The position numbers and the translations under genes were made by a program. Positions 11,473-20,421 of a stretch of 64,000 bases of DNA are shown here, in pieces. The notes below the pieces were generated by a model. It made no database searches. It was given only the letters and a program-made list of their open reading frames with translations, and was not told the origin of the DNA. This stretch comes from an uncultured Veillonellaceae bacterium (lineage in GTDB: Bacteria; Bacillota; Negativicutes; JARBTT01), in NCBI GenBank assembly GCA_963805085.1, contig CAWDTA010000002.1, positions 768,001 to 832,000 of the forward strand, given 5' to 3'. Every line of letters begins with the position of its first letter. Within the stretch, counting starts at the first letter, position 1.

Positions 11473-12348
11473 TTACTCTATACACTGTAGCAATAAACGA
11501 TCAAGTTTATTTTGTAAGTTCTCAGAAATATGCATTAATGGTAGTCTTGTTTCGGCGGAATGAATAAGCCCTAATTTCTCTAAACAATACTTTATCGGCG
11601 ACGGATTCGGTTCTTCAAATAACAAAGGAATGATCGGTGCTATTTTTGCCCATATTGCTAGTGCCGCCTGATGATCATTTTTTTTGACTTTGTCATAGAT
11701 GCTAATAAATTTTCTGGTGTTCAAATGGGCAGATGCCAATATTCCTCCTTGCCCGCCCAGTACAAGGGTCAAATAGAAAAATATATCTTCACCCGTTAGA
11801 ATGGAAAAGTTAGCAGGGGGCTGACGTAGTAGTTCCATTGTCTGTTTGATATCTCCACTGGCGTCTTTCAAACCAACAATGTTTTTTAACCCCGCCAGGC
11901 GATAAAGAGTTTCATTTTCTACATTCCGGCCTGTACGATAGGGAATATTATAAAGAATGATATCCAGATCTGTAGCTTCAGAAATCCTTAGAAAATGCTC
12001 GTAAATTCCCCTCTGATCTGGCCTATTATAGTAAGGAGAGACAGAAAGAATTCCAGCAACCTGATACTGCTCTACAATTTTCAGTTTTTTCATGACTTTT
12101 TTAGTATCATTCCCACCAAGGCCAATAAAGACAGGCACACGATTATCCGCATACTCCATCGTCTTGGCAATAAGTTGTTCAAACTCCTCATCCGTAACAG
12201 TAGGACTTTCCCCAGTCGTTCCTAGTGGCATAAGACCACTAATGCCTTCTTCAATATAATGATTAATCATTTGTTGATATGATACCAAGTCAATTTTATC
12301 ATCTAAAAAAGGGGTAATAATGGGTAACCAAACTCCATCAATTTTCAT
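11473..12348 (-). CDS. dapA: 4-hydroxy-tetrahydrodipicolinate synthase
   Basis: GTTGES, SPYYNRP, LYNIPYRTG, GLKDASG, EPNPSPIK. Confidence 0.88.
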   Translation of the reverse strand: MKIDGVWLPIITPFLDDKIDLVSYQQMINHYIEEGISGLMPLGTTGESPTVTDEEFEQLIAKTMEYADNRVPVFIGLGGNDTKKVMKKLKIVEQYQVAGILSVSPYYNRPDQRGIYEHFLRISEATDLDIILYNIPYRTGRNVENETLYRLAGLKNIVGLKDASGDIKQTMELLRQPPANFSILTGEDIFFYLTLVLGGQGGILASAHLNTRKFISIYDKVKKNDHQAALAIWAKIAPIIPLLFEEPNPSPIKYCLEKLGLIHSAETRLPLMHISENLQNKLDRLLLQCIE

Positions 12349-12366
12349 ATCAATTCTCCTCTTTTA

Positions 12367-12468
12367 TTAGTAGTGACCCTTTATTCCTTCATCTCTTTTA
12401 AATCGATCTTGCGCCAACTGGATTAATCGATCAATTAGCTTGGAATAGAGAATCCCACTTGTTTCCTA
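12367..12468 (-). pseudogene. 3' remnant of a D-Ala-D-Ala ligase gene
   Basis: Hand translation *ETSGILYSKLIDRLIQLAQDRFKRDEGIKGHY* resembles the Ddl C-terminus W-x-x-SG-x-x-Y-x-x-LI-x-RLI-x-LA-x-x-R; the Trp codon reads TAG. Confidence 0.6.
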
Positions 12469-12592
12469 TTACATCCTATGTACTTATTATATTCATATTT
12501 TTCACTATTTTTGCTGTTTTAAATGCTTATTTTATTGCAAAAGTTGTTGTATAATCAAAAGATATAAAGATCAATGAAGAGAGGATACTCCT

Positions 12593-13501
12593 ATGGAAAT
12601 AGAAAATAAAACGATTTACTACAAAAGCGGCTACTTACTGAAAAACTTTGAACTTTTTCACTTAAGAGATAAAAAAAATATGCAATTCGAATTTCACTAC
12701 CATGATTTCAACAAGATTATCATTTTCATCTCTGGCAAGGTAACTTACTTAATTGAAGGAAAAGCATATCAATTAAAACCATGGGATATCCTCCTCGTAA
12801 ACAGTAACGAAATTCATAAACCCTTAATTGACGCTGGAGAAACCTATGAACGTATGGTAATTTGGGTCAACTCCTTTTTTTTAATGAAACAAGATAATGG
12901 AGAAAACACGTTATTGACTTGCTTTGCACTCGCGACCCAGCGGAAAATGAATTTGCTACGCTTAACCCCTGAACTACTTCCTATAATTAAGAATATCCTT
13001 TTTGAGCTAGAAGATACAGATATAAACCAAGAATTTGGTAGTACAATTCTTAAAAACTCTTTATTTTTACAATTAATTGTATACCTTAATCGCATCTCCT
13101 TGGGTATTGAAAACGACAAAGAACAACCTGATATTCAATATGATAAAACCATCGCACGGATATTGCATTATGTGAATGAAAATCTAAGTGAGGATCTATC
13201 TATGGATAAATTGTCCAGCGTATTTTTTCTGAGTAAATATTACCTGATGCATAAATTCAAACAGCATACAGGATATACTCTTCATAATTACATATTGCAA
13301 AAACGATTGATTGCTGCTAGCGCTCTGATTAAGGAAGGAAAATCAATCACCACCGCCTGCACTGAATCAGGGTTTAGTGATTATTCAAATTTTCTTAGAG
13401 CCTTTAAAAAAATGTTTGGTCTCCCACCCAAAAAGCATGTCCAACTACTACATGAACAAGAAAAAATAAGTGGTCACAATGGCCGCAATTTAGTTTTGTA
13501 G
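12593..13501 (+). CDS. AraC-family transcriptional regulator
   Basis: Cupin N-terminus (FHYHDF) and C-terminal HTH ESGFSDYSNFLRAFKKMFG. Confidence 0.92.
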   Translation: MEIENKTIYYKSGYLLKNFELFHLRDKKNMQFEFHYHDFNKIIIFISGKVTYLIEGKAYQLKPWDILLVNSNEIHKPLIDAGETYERMVIWVNSFFLMKQDNGENTLLTCFALATQRKMNLLRLTPELLPIIKNILFELEDTDINQEFGSTILKNSLFLQLIVYLNRISLGIENDKEQPDIQYDKTIARILHYVNENLSEDLSMDKLSSVFFLSKYYLMHKFKQHTGYTLHNYILQKRLIAASALIKEGKSITTACTESGFSDYSNFLRAFKKMFGLPPKKHVQLLHEQEKISGHNGRNLVL

Positions 13502-13553
13502 TTCTCTGCCTATTTACTTAGATTCACTACTTTTGAACCGCTGGAACAAAAAA

Positions 13554-13707
13554 AAATAAAGAAATCAGCAATGAAGCTAATTTCTTTATTTTAATAGTTA
13601 TCATGTATATGAAATTGTGCAGTAACTGCGATTCATCAGAATCCAACTTTTTTTCTACCGAAGCGAGCGAAGTAATTTTGTCATTTTAACTGTTTTCTGT
13701 AACACCT
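13554..13707 (-). pseudogene. Remnant of a gyrA 3' end plus its terminator
   Basis: Matches 23901-24060, including aaataaagaaatcagcaatgaagctaatttctttattt. Confidence 0.9.
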
Positions 13708-13785
13708 CTATATCTTTTCTCTAAAGATATATGATCCCATAGTCATTTCTTATCACAGCACTAAAAAGAGAGCTTTCTTTAGCCT

Positions 13786-14865
13786 TTAATATTCATTAAA
13801 CATACGCTGAATTTCTTTTGGGTCATTTGTTTTTGTCAGTGCCAGTTGCAATAATACTCTTGCTTTCTGCGGATTCAGAGTATCTCCATCTAAAAAACCT
13901 TCTGCAGTCCATTGCTCAGAGGAAGGCAGTACCAGACCATTGCCGGTACGAGAGCTGCGTACAACGACAATACCTTTCTTCTGCGCTTCAACCAAAGCAG
14001 GTTCTGCATTTTTATGAATGCTTCCCATCCCGCTGCCAGCATATACAATTCCCTTTGCTCCTTCTGCAATAACTGCATCTACCAACGCTCTACCTTCGTT
14101 TACATGTGTATAAATTATTTCTACATTCGGCAAATCCGTCAATCCAGATACATCAAATTCCGTTTGTCTTGTGTGCTTCCTTGTAGATTCTTTATAAAAA
14201 TATGGTCTTTCAGCACCAATATAGCCTAGGCAGCCTAGTTCCGGTGCTTTAAATGTACTTACTGTTGATGTGTTCGTCTTTGTAACATCGCGTGCGCCAT
14301 TAATCTCATCATTCATCACAACCAGTACACCTCTTCCCTTCGAAGATTTATCACCAGCTACTCTGACCGCATTCAACAGATTGATTGGCCCGTCCGCACT
14401 GATTGCTGTTGCCGGACGCATTGCACCGACAATAACAACAGGCTTATCACTTTTTACAACAAGATTCAGAAAATACGCCGTTTCCTCCAATGTGTCTGTA
14501 CCATGGGTAATTACAATACCATCAACATCATTGCTCGCAAGTAGTTCATTACACCTCGTCGCCAATTTCAGCCAAACATCATTTGTCATATCATTGCTAC
14601 CAATACTTGCAACCTGCTCACCGCTGACATTAGCATATTTTTTCATCTCTGGTACAGCATTTATCAAAGTTTCAATACCGATAGCGCCGGCTTTATACCC
14701 TGTTACTTTAGTGTTTGAATCCGCACTGCCGGCGATTGTTCCACCAGTTGCCAAAATTTTAATATTTGGCAACTCATTTTTCTCATTTGCGAAACCGATT
14801 GAACTCACCCCTAGAAAAAAAACACACAACAATACCGAAACAAGAATTCCTGCTTTCTTTTTCAT
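13786..14865 (-). CDS. Exported type II asparaginase, FraE-like
   Basis: Signal peptide from MKKKAG; ATGGTIAG and THGTDTLEET motifs; fra context. Confidence 0.88.
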   Translation of the reverse strand: MKKKAGILVSVLLCVFFLGVSSIGFANEKNELPNIKILATGGTIAGSADSNTKVTGYKAGAIGIETLINAVPEMKKYANVSGEQVASIGSNDMTNDVWLKLATRCNELLASNDVDGIVITHGTDTLEETAYFLNLVVKSDKPVVIVGAMRPATAISADGPINLLNAVRVAGDKSSKGRGVLVVMNDEINGARDVTKTNTSTVSTFKAPELGCLGYIGAERPYFYKESTRKHTRQTEFDVSGLTDLPNVEIIYTHVNEGRALVDAVIAEGAKGIVYAGSGMGSIHKNAEPALVEAQKKGIVVVRSSRTGNGLVLPSSEQWTAEGFLDGDTLNPQKARVLLQLALTKTNDPKEIQRMFNEY

Positions 14866-14923
14866 ATTTATTTCTCTCCCCTCTATATTTTCCTTGTATT
14901 TTTCAACCATATGGGTACTTCCA

Positions 14924-15340
14924 TTATTCCAAAAGTTCTGCCGCTTTTTTTCTGACCATAACAAGCTCATCCTCTGTCATATCAATGTATTTACTATTCT
15001 CAGCTGTAGTATCTGCAGCTTGAATATACATCATTTTGGTATCCGATTGAGTAATCGTATTAAACCAAGTATTTTTAGGGATATGATATATTTTATTTGG
15101 CTCCATCTTAATTAAATCAATATCAAAACCATTTTTATTTCTAGATGCCGAAAGCAACACTGCCCGTCCCTGCATCAAAACAAATTCCTCATCAGATTCG
15201 TAGTGTGTTTCCAGTGCTTTTATATATCTGATATCGTTATTCGGCTTCCAATTCTTTATACATAAAAGCCAGCCTTCATTTTTAAAAACACATTCTATTC
15301 CTTCATCATCATATTCAAATATCTTTGCAATTTTCGGCAT
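14924..15340 (-). CDS. Hypothetical protein, probable cupin-like beta-barrel
   Basis: LETHYESDEEFVL...YHIPKNTWFNTI pattern; good RBS; inside the fra operon. Confidence 0.65.
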   Translation of the reverse strand: MPKIAKIFEYDDEGIECVFKNEGWLLCIKNWKPNNDIRYIKALETHYESDEEFVLMQGRAVLLSASRNKNGFDIDLIKMEPNKIYHIPKNTWFNTITQSDTKMMYIQAADTTAENSKYIDMTEDELVMVRKKAAELLE

Positions 15341-15368
15341 ATTCGATTTCTCCTTTATTTTTGCTTAA

Positions 15369-16238
15369 TTAATCACTAAATTTTTTACCATAACCAAAGC
15401 CACCGTGAAGCATTACTGTTCTAGCTGCAGATTCACTGCCCTTTTTCATAGCTGCAAGAACAGCATCGTATTTTTTAACAGCAGCAGATTCTCCATTGAC
15501 ACAGTTCTTTTGCCACTGGACAATACAGAGCAGAAACCCTGTCAAAAAGGAATCTCCTGCTCCCATGGTATCAAGTGCATCAATATATGGTGGTTTATAC
15601 GCAATTTTCTCTTTATCATCATAATAAAAAGCTCCTTCAGAACCGCGTGTTGTGATAACAATATTGCAGTCCATGCCCAACAATTTTTTTGCTTTTTCAT
15701 CCATTTCAGCTACCGTGATATCTCCGCAGGAAACAAAACCGTAATCCACGTACGGACATACCTGCTGAAAATATCCATCTGTTCCTCTTACAGAAAAATC
15801 AAAAGATAACGTTACCCCTGTACTCTTTATCTTTTCCAGTTCCGGTTCCAAGTAGCTATTCAAACTGGTATGAACTAAATCGAAGCCCCCGATATATTCC
15901 AAATCTTCTCCGCTCAGCTTCATTGGATTTTCGCGCAAAATGCCACCTTTATTACTGCCCAGAAATATACGATCGCCATTTTCTAGTTTCACTCTGGCAG
16001 CGCCGTTTTCACCAGAAGCAACTTTACAATGGCTCATTTCTATGTTTAATTTTTTAATGGTATTCTGTACATGATTCGCCGCTTCATCTGTGCCAAAAAA
16101 ACCCATATATGATGCAGCAACACCTAAAATTTTTGCATTTGCTGCAAAATTCAATGCATTACCACCAGGATACATAATTTTACTGTGCATATATTTATCG
16201 ACAACGTTATCACCTAGGCCAAGCACTTTTAAGGACAT
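15369..16238 (-). CDS. PfkB-family fructosamine kinase (FrlD/FraD-like)
   Basis: LGDNVVDKY, YPGGNALN, DTMGAGDSF. Confidence 0.88.
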   Translation of the reverse strand: MSLKVLGLGDNVVDKYMHSKIMYPGGNALNFAANAKILGVAASYMGFFGTDEAANHVQNTIKKLNIEMSHCKVASGENGAARVKLENGDRIFLGSNKGGILRENPMKLSGEDLEYIGGFDLVHTSLNSYLEPELEKIKSTGVTLSFDFSVRGTDGYFQQVCPYVDYGFVSCGDITVAEMDEKAKKLLGMDCNIVITTRGSEGAFYYDDKEKIAYKPPYIDALDTMGAGDSFLTGFLLCIVQWQKNCVNGESAAVKKYDAVLAAMKKGSESAARTVMLHGGFGYGKKFSD

Positions 16239-16308
16239 TTCTAACACCTCTTATAAAGAATCACATTTTTTATATTGACAATATTTATAATATTCAGATA
16301 ATTATAAT

Positions 16309-16369
16309 ATGAATGACCTAGTATTAATTTCGTCATTCTGTCCAACGAAATCAATACTAGGTTCATCAT
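16309..16369. repeat. Long imperfect inverted repeat between deglycase and kinase genes
   Basis: acctagtattaatttcgt...acgaaatcaatactaggt. Confidence 0.65.
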
Positions 16370-16406
16370 TGAATCCTTAATCCCAACATAAATTTGCTAA
16401 AATAAA

Positions 16407-17381
16407 TTAATATTCAACTTTCCACATGTAACGTCTGGTCGTCAAAGGATGCTGGCGGACATCAGCAAGGGCTTTGTTATATACGGCATAAACGTTATTA
16501 AAAAGAGAATGATTGAAGTAATCTACAACAGCTACATCAATTGTAGACAACCCTAGATCCTTGGCATCCAAAATTTCAACGCGTTTTGCATATTTGTCTA
16601 GAAAGGCAACCGCACGTTCATCAAGTGCACGAGTAGATCCCTCCGAAAGTTGCAAAATAAAAGGAATCTCCTTATCTATAATTTCAAACGGTCCATGGAA
16701 GAATTCACCTGTATGGATGCAAGCTGAGTTGATCCATTGCATTTCCAAAAAGATGCAGATACTTTCAATATAAGCAGCACCCCAGCCAGCACCGCTGGCC
16801 ATCGTATAAATAACCTTATCATTTTTATATTCTTGCGCAAAATTTAGCGCACGCTTTTCAACATGTTTGCATGCATTTTTAGTAATTAAGTCAATTTTGC
16901 CTACACCTGCCATCAGCTTGTCATAGTTTTCGTACCCTTCCGTCTGATTGACAATTTCTACCGCAGTCAACAATCCGATAATCGCTTTTTCTCCACCAAT
17001 ATCCTTATTGTCTCCAAAAGTATAGGTAAGTACATAATCACAATATTGAACCAATTCAGAATCCGTAATCCATGTAAGACCGATTACCGTAACGCCAGAC
17101 TTTTTCGCAATTTCTGCAGCCTTTATTGTTTCCGGTGTATTCCCTTTATGCGATGCTACGATTACAACCGTATTTTTGCCAAAAGCGTTAGGCAGGCTAT
17201 GCACAAATTCATTGCTCGTATACAGGCCAACTTTTATTGTAACCGCTTCTTTTTCCACAAATGTTTTTGCTGGATAAAATGCCCCAAAAGAGCCTCCGCA
17301 GCCAATATAATAAACCTGTTTAATGCCACCAACTTCGGCCTTTTCCTCAACAATTTTTTGAATAACTTCTTTTACATCCAT
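16407..17381 (-). CDS. SIS-domain fructosamine-6-phosphate deglycase (FrlB/FraB-like)
   Basis: GCGGS, SHKGNTPET, LEMQW, GEFFHGPFE, RRYMWKVEY. Confidence 0.9.
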   Translation of the reverse strand: MDVKEVIQKIVEEKAEVGGIKQVYYIGCGGSFGAFYPAKTFVEKEAVTIKVGLYTSNEFVHSLPNAFGKNTVVIVASHKGNTPETIKAAEIAKKSGVTVIGLTWITDSELVQYCDYVLTYTFGDNKDIGGEKAIIGLLTAVEIVNQTEGYENYDKLMAGVGKIDLITKNACKHVEKRALNFAQEYKNDKVIYTMASGAGWGAAYIESICIFLEMQWINSACIHTGEFFHGPFEIIDKEIPFILQLSEGSTRALDERAVAFLDKYAKRVEILDAKDLGLSTIDVAVVDYFNHSLFNNVYAVYNKALADVRQHPLTTRRYMWKVEY

Positions 17382-17407
17382 GAAAATTCCTCCTTAAAAA
17401 TTAAATA

Positions 17408-18754
17408 TTAAAATAAGCTGCTGCCAATTAATGTAGCAACTATTACTGAAACAACAACATTAATAATTCCTGGTCTCATATAGCTATGATTTAAGACATA
17501 TTTCCCTATATGAGTAGTTCCTGTATCGTCAAACGATATCCCTGCGATGCACTGCCCTGCAACTGGAAAAAAGAAATATCCGTTTACAGCAGGCCATGCA
17601 CCAATCATAATATACGCTGGCAAACCAAAAGCCAGTGCCAACGGCATCAAGATCATTGTCGTAGCTGCCTGACTCGTTACCAGAGCAGATACAATAAACA
17701 TTAATATTGGGAAAATTACGATATTCCCATTCATGTATGCCGAAACATTTTCTTTAATAAATGCCATTTGCCCATTTACAAAAGTATCACTCATCCAACA
17801 TAAACCAAATGCACAAACAACTGCTAATATGCCGGAGCGAAAAACAGAGCAGTCTAATATGGATGAAATCTTTGGCTTGCAAGCAATAACAATAATAGCA
17901 GAAAAGGTCAGCATAACAATTTGTATAGTCTGAGACATTGAAATAGCTTTTACTATCCCTTTTGCATCAGCAAAAGCAGGACGTAATTCTGGGAATGTCC
18001 CCATTAACACGATGGCAACTGTACCAATTAAAAACAATACAACAGATAATTTTTCTTTAAATCCAAAAGTACGATTCTCTCTCTTTTCTAAATTTGCGAC
18101 TTTTATCAGACCTTCTTGCAGACGGCGCTGATATTCAGGATCATCCTTAAGCTCCGCACCTTTTCGATAAACAGATGCAGCTCCAACAAGTACCCCTACA
18201 AACGTTGCCGGAACACAGATTGCCATAATAGTCCCCATGCCTATACCAAGCGGAGTCAAAAAACCAACCATAGCTGCCATAGCAGCTGATATTGGCGATG
18301 CTGTAATTGCCTGCTGAGACGCTACAACTGCAATAGATATCGGCCTTTCAGGTCTAACGCCATATCCTTTAGCGACTTCCTGTATTACTGGCAGTAAACT
18401 ATATATGACATGGCCTGTACCTGCCAAAAAAGTAAATACGTATGTTACGATAGGAGCCAATATGGTAATGTGTGAAGGATACTTACGAAGTATTTTTTCC
18501 GCCAAAGACACCAAAAAATCTAATCCGCCACAAACCTGTAATGACGAAGCAGCCAAAACTACTGCCATAATAATTAACATAACATCAATCGGAGCTGAAG
18601 TCGGTGGTATGTGGAACAAGAAAACCAATATTCCTACACCAAGACCGCCAGCCAATCCCAAGAACACATCGCCTACGCGAGCACCATAGTAAAGAATAAC
18701 TAATACAAGAAGCAGCTCAAGCCAAAATATGATAAAACCCTTCTTTCTATCCAT
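17408..18754 (-). CDS. DcuA/DcuB-family transporter (FraA-like)
   Basis: AGTGH, RPERP, ITASPISAA, FDDTGTTHIGKYVLNHSYMRPG. Confidence 0.9.
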   Translation of the reverse strand: MDRKKGFIIFWLELLLVLVILYYGARVGDVFLGLAGGLGVGILVFLFHIPPTSAPIDVMLIIMAVVLAASSLQVCGGLDFLVSLAEKILRKYPSHITILAPIVTYVFTFLAGTGHVIYSLLPVIQEVAKGYGVRPERPISIAVVASQQAITASPISAAMAAMVGFLTPLGIGMGTIMAICVPATFVGVLVGAASVYRKGAELKDDPEYQRRLQEGLIKVANLEKRENRTFGFKEKLSVVLFLIGTVAIVLMGTFPELRPAFADAKGIVKAISMSQTIQIVMLTFSAIIVIACKPKISSILDCSVFRSGILAVVCAFGLCWMSDTFVNGQMAFIKENVSAYMNGNIVIFPILMFIVSALVTSQAATTMILMPLALAFGLPAYIMIGAWPAVNGYFFFPVAGQCIAGISFDDTGTTHIGKYVLNHSYMRPGIINVVVSVIVATLIGSSLF

Positions 18755-18897
18755 ATTTACTATTCAAAACAAGAAACCAATCAGATGCACTTCTCCAACA
18801 ACTGCTTATTTGAGCTATCTAGAATTCAAATTCACTTCTACTAAAATCCTTTCAGTTAAATAAATCTCTTTCAAAAAGCTACTATTTTTGCGTGCAT

Positions 18898-18935
18898 ATA
18901 GATTACAATATATTTGTAATCTATTGTTATGATAA
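18898..18935. promoter_or_regulatory. Palindromic operator candidates upstream of the fra operon
   Basis: atagattacaa-tatat-ttgtaatctat and tgttat-g-ataaca; probable GntR sites (inference). Confidence 0.45.
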
Positions 18936-19019
18936 CATTATAGTACAAATATAACAATAGAATTTTACAAAAAAAATTTGCGGCAGAAGAAGATCTTCTA
19001 CCGCAACATCATTGTCGCT

Positions 19020-19368
19020 TTATCTATTTAATTTTAAAATATTTTTTCGTATCCAAAAACTATTTAAAATCAGCACCAATCCTGAAAAAACAGACACATA
19101 TTTTATATTGAAACAAGCGCTCATAGCTCCGCCAAGAAGTGGACCAATTCCCTTTCCTATCCGCAATTCGTCCCCATACTGGTGCCATGAAAGCTCCGAC
19201 AATAAATCTGACAGAAAATATAGCACCGGACCATAAACTCACTTCAGAAAAAGAAACTCCCAATTCATTTACCAGATATAACGGCAAAAATGGTATAAGC
19301 ATTGTGTAACTTGCTGAGGTAAATACTACATTACAAGACAATATCGCCAAAACTATTTTCCAGTTCAA
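19020..19368 (-). pseudogene. MFS transporter (MdtG-like) with a large internal deletion
   Basis: N-terminus up to motif A (WGRIADRKG) is joined out of frame to C-terminal IGPLLGG... Confidence 0.8.
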
Positions 19369-19557
19369 AAAATCTCCTCGATTTCTTTACCTTGTTTTTA
19401 AAGATTTACACAATTAATATAACATTACAGTACATTTGCTGTCAATTTTACTTAGAATAGTACATTATTAAGCTTTCATTTGTATATAATTGTATTGTAC
19501 TATATAATACAATTATACTATTGTAAAATGCTACTTTAAAGGAGTCCTTAATATAAT

Positions 19558-20271
19558 ATGAAACTTGACGAAAATAGCTCTGACCCTTTATACCTTCAAT
19601 TAGAAAATATCGTAAAAAATGAAATTGACTGCGGCAAATGGAAAAAAGGCGAAAAAATTTCTACCGAGGTCGAGCTCAGCAAAATGTATAATGTCAGCCG
19701 TATTACGGTTCGAAAAGCACTTAATTCGTTGACACAAAAAAATTACCTGATTCGCCGTACCGGAAAGGGCACTTTTGTTTCAAATGACAAAATTCAGCGT
19801 CCTGTCTCCGGTGTTATCAGCTTTTCCAAGGTTTGCGAAACCTTCGGCCTTAAGTCGGGCGCTAAAACTATAAAATCAGTTATCGAACCAGCAAATGAAG
19901 AGGACCAGCAAAAGCTTAACCTTACAGCAGCGGAAAGTGTCATCGTTATCGAAAGGATCCGTTATGCGGATGATATACCTGTATCTGTTGAAACTTCACG
20001 CTTTCTGGAGGATTTTTCTTTTCTTCTTGACGAAGATCTCAACAATATCTCAATGTATAAGCTTATTGATAACAAATATCATCTTACTTTCAACAACTCA
20101 AAAAAATTTATTGAAATTGTATTTGCCTCCTACGAGCTTTCGAAATATCTTAACGTACCCAAAAATTATCCACTGCTTTTTATTGAAAGCACTCTTTTTG
20201 ATCCATTCAATAAAAAATTATGCCTAAATAAACAATATATTTTAGGCGACCGTTTTCAACTCATCGTCTAA
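19558..20271 (+). CDS. GntR/HutC-family regulator (FrlR/FraR-like)
   Basis: PLYLQL, VSRITVRKAL, GKGTFV and a UTRA domain. Confidence 0.9.
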   Translation: MKLDENSSDPLYLQLENIVKNEIDCGKWKKGEKISTEVELSKMYNVSRITVRKALNSLTQKNYLIRRTGKGTFVSNDKIQRPVSGVISFSKVCETFGLKSGAKTIKSVIEPANEEDQQKLNLTAAESVIVIERIRYADDIPVSVETSRFLEDFSFLLDEDLNNISMYKLIDNKYHLTFNNSKKFIEIVFASYELSKYLNVPKNYPLLFIESTLFDPFNKKLCLNKQYILGDRFQLIV

Positions 20272-20350
20272 TAAAAGGCCTCACCAATGATATACTCCTC
20301 TGTAATAGATAGGTAAAACCCCTAGACCTCTGGTTTTCTTTATATAATAC

Positions 20351-20388
20351 AACAAACCTGGCATCGTAAAAACGATGCCAGGTTTGTT
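20351..20388. terminator. Bidirectional terminator between the GntR gene and ppk
   Basis: 17-bp perfect stem aacaaacctggcatcgt/acgatgccaggtttgtt. Confidence 0.8.
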
Positions 20389-20421
20389 ATTAAAGCCTTC
20401 TCTTTTTTCAACTATATTCTC

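Noticed and set aside
14270-15115. 281-aa plus-strand ORF
   Set aside because: Antisense shadow of the asparaginase gene; no RBS or family features
20297-20325. tgatatactcctctgtaatagatagg as an IS3-like end
   Set aside because: Single short degenerate match with no partner or transposase
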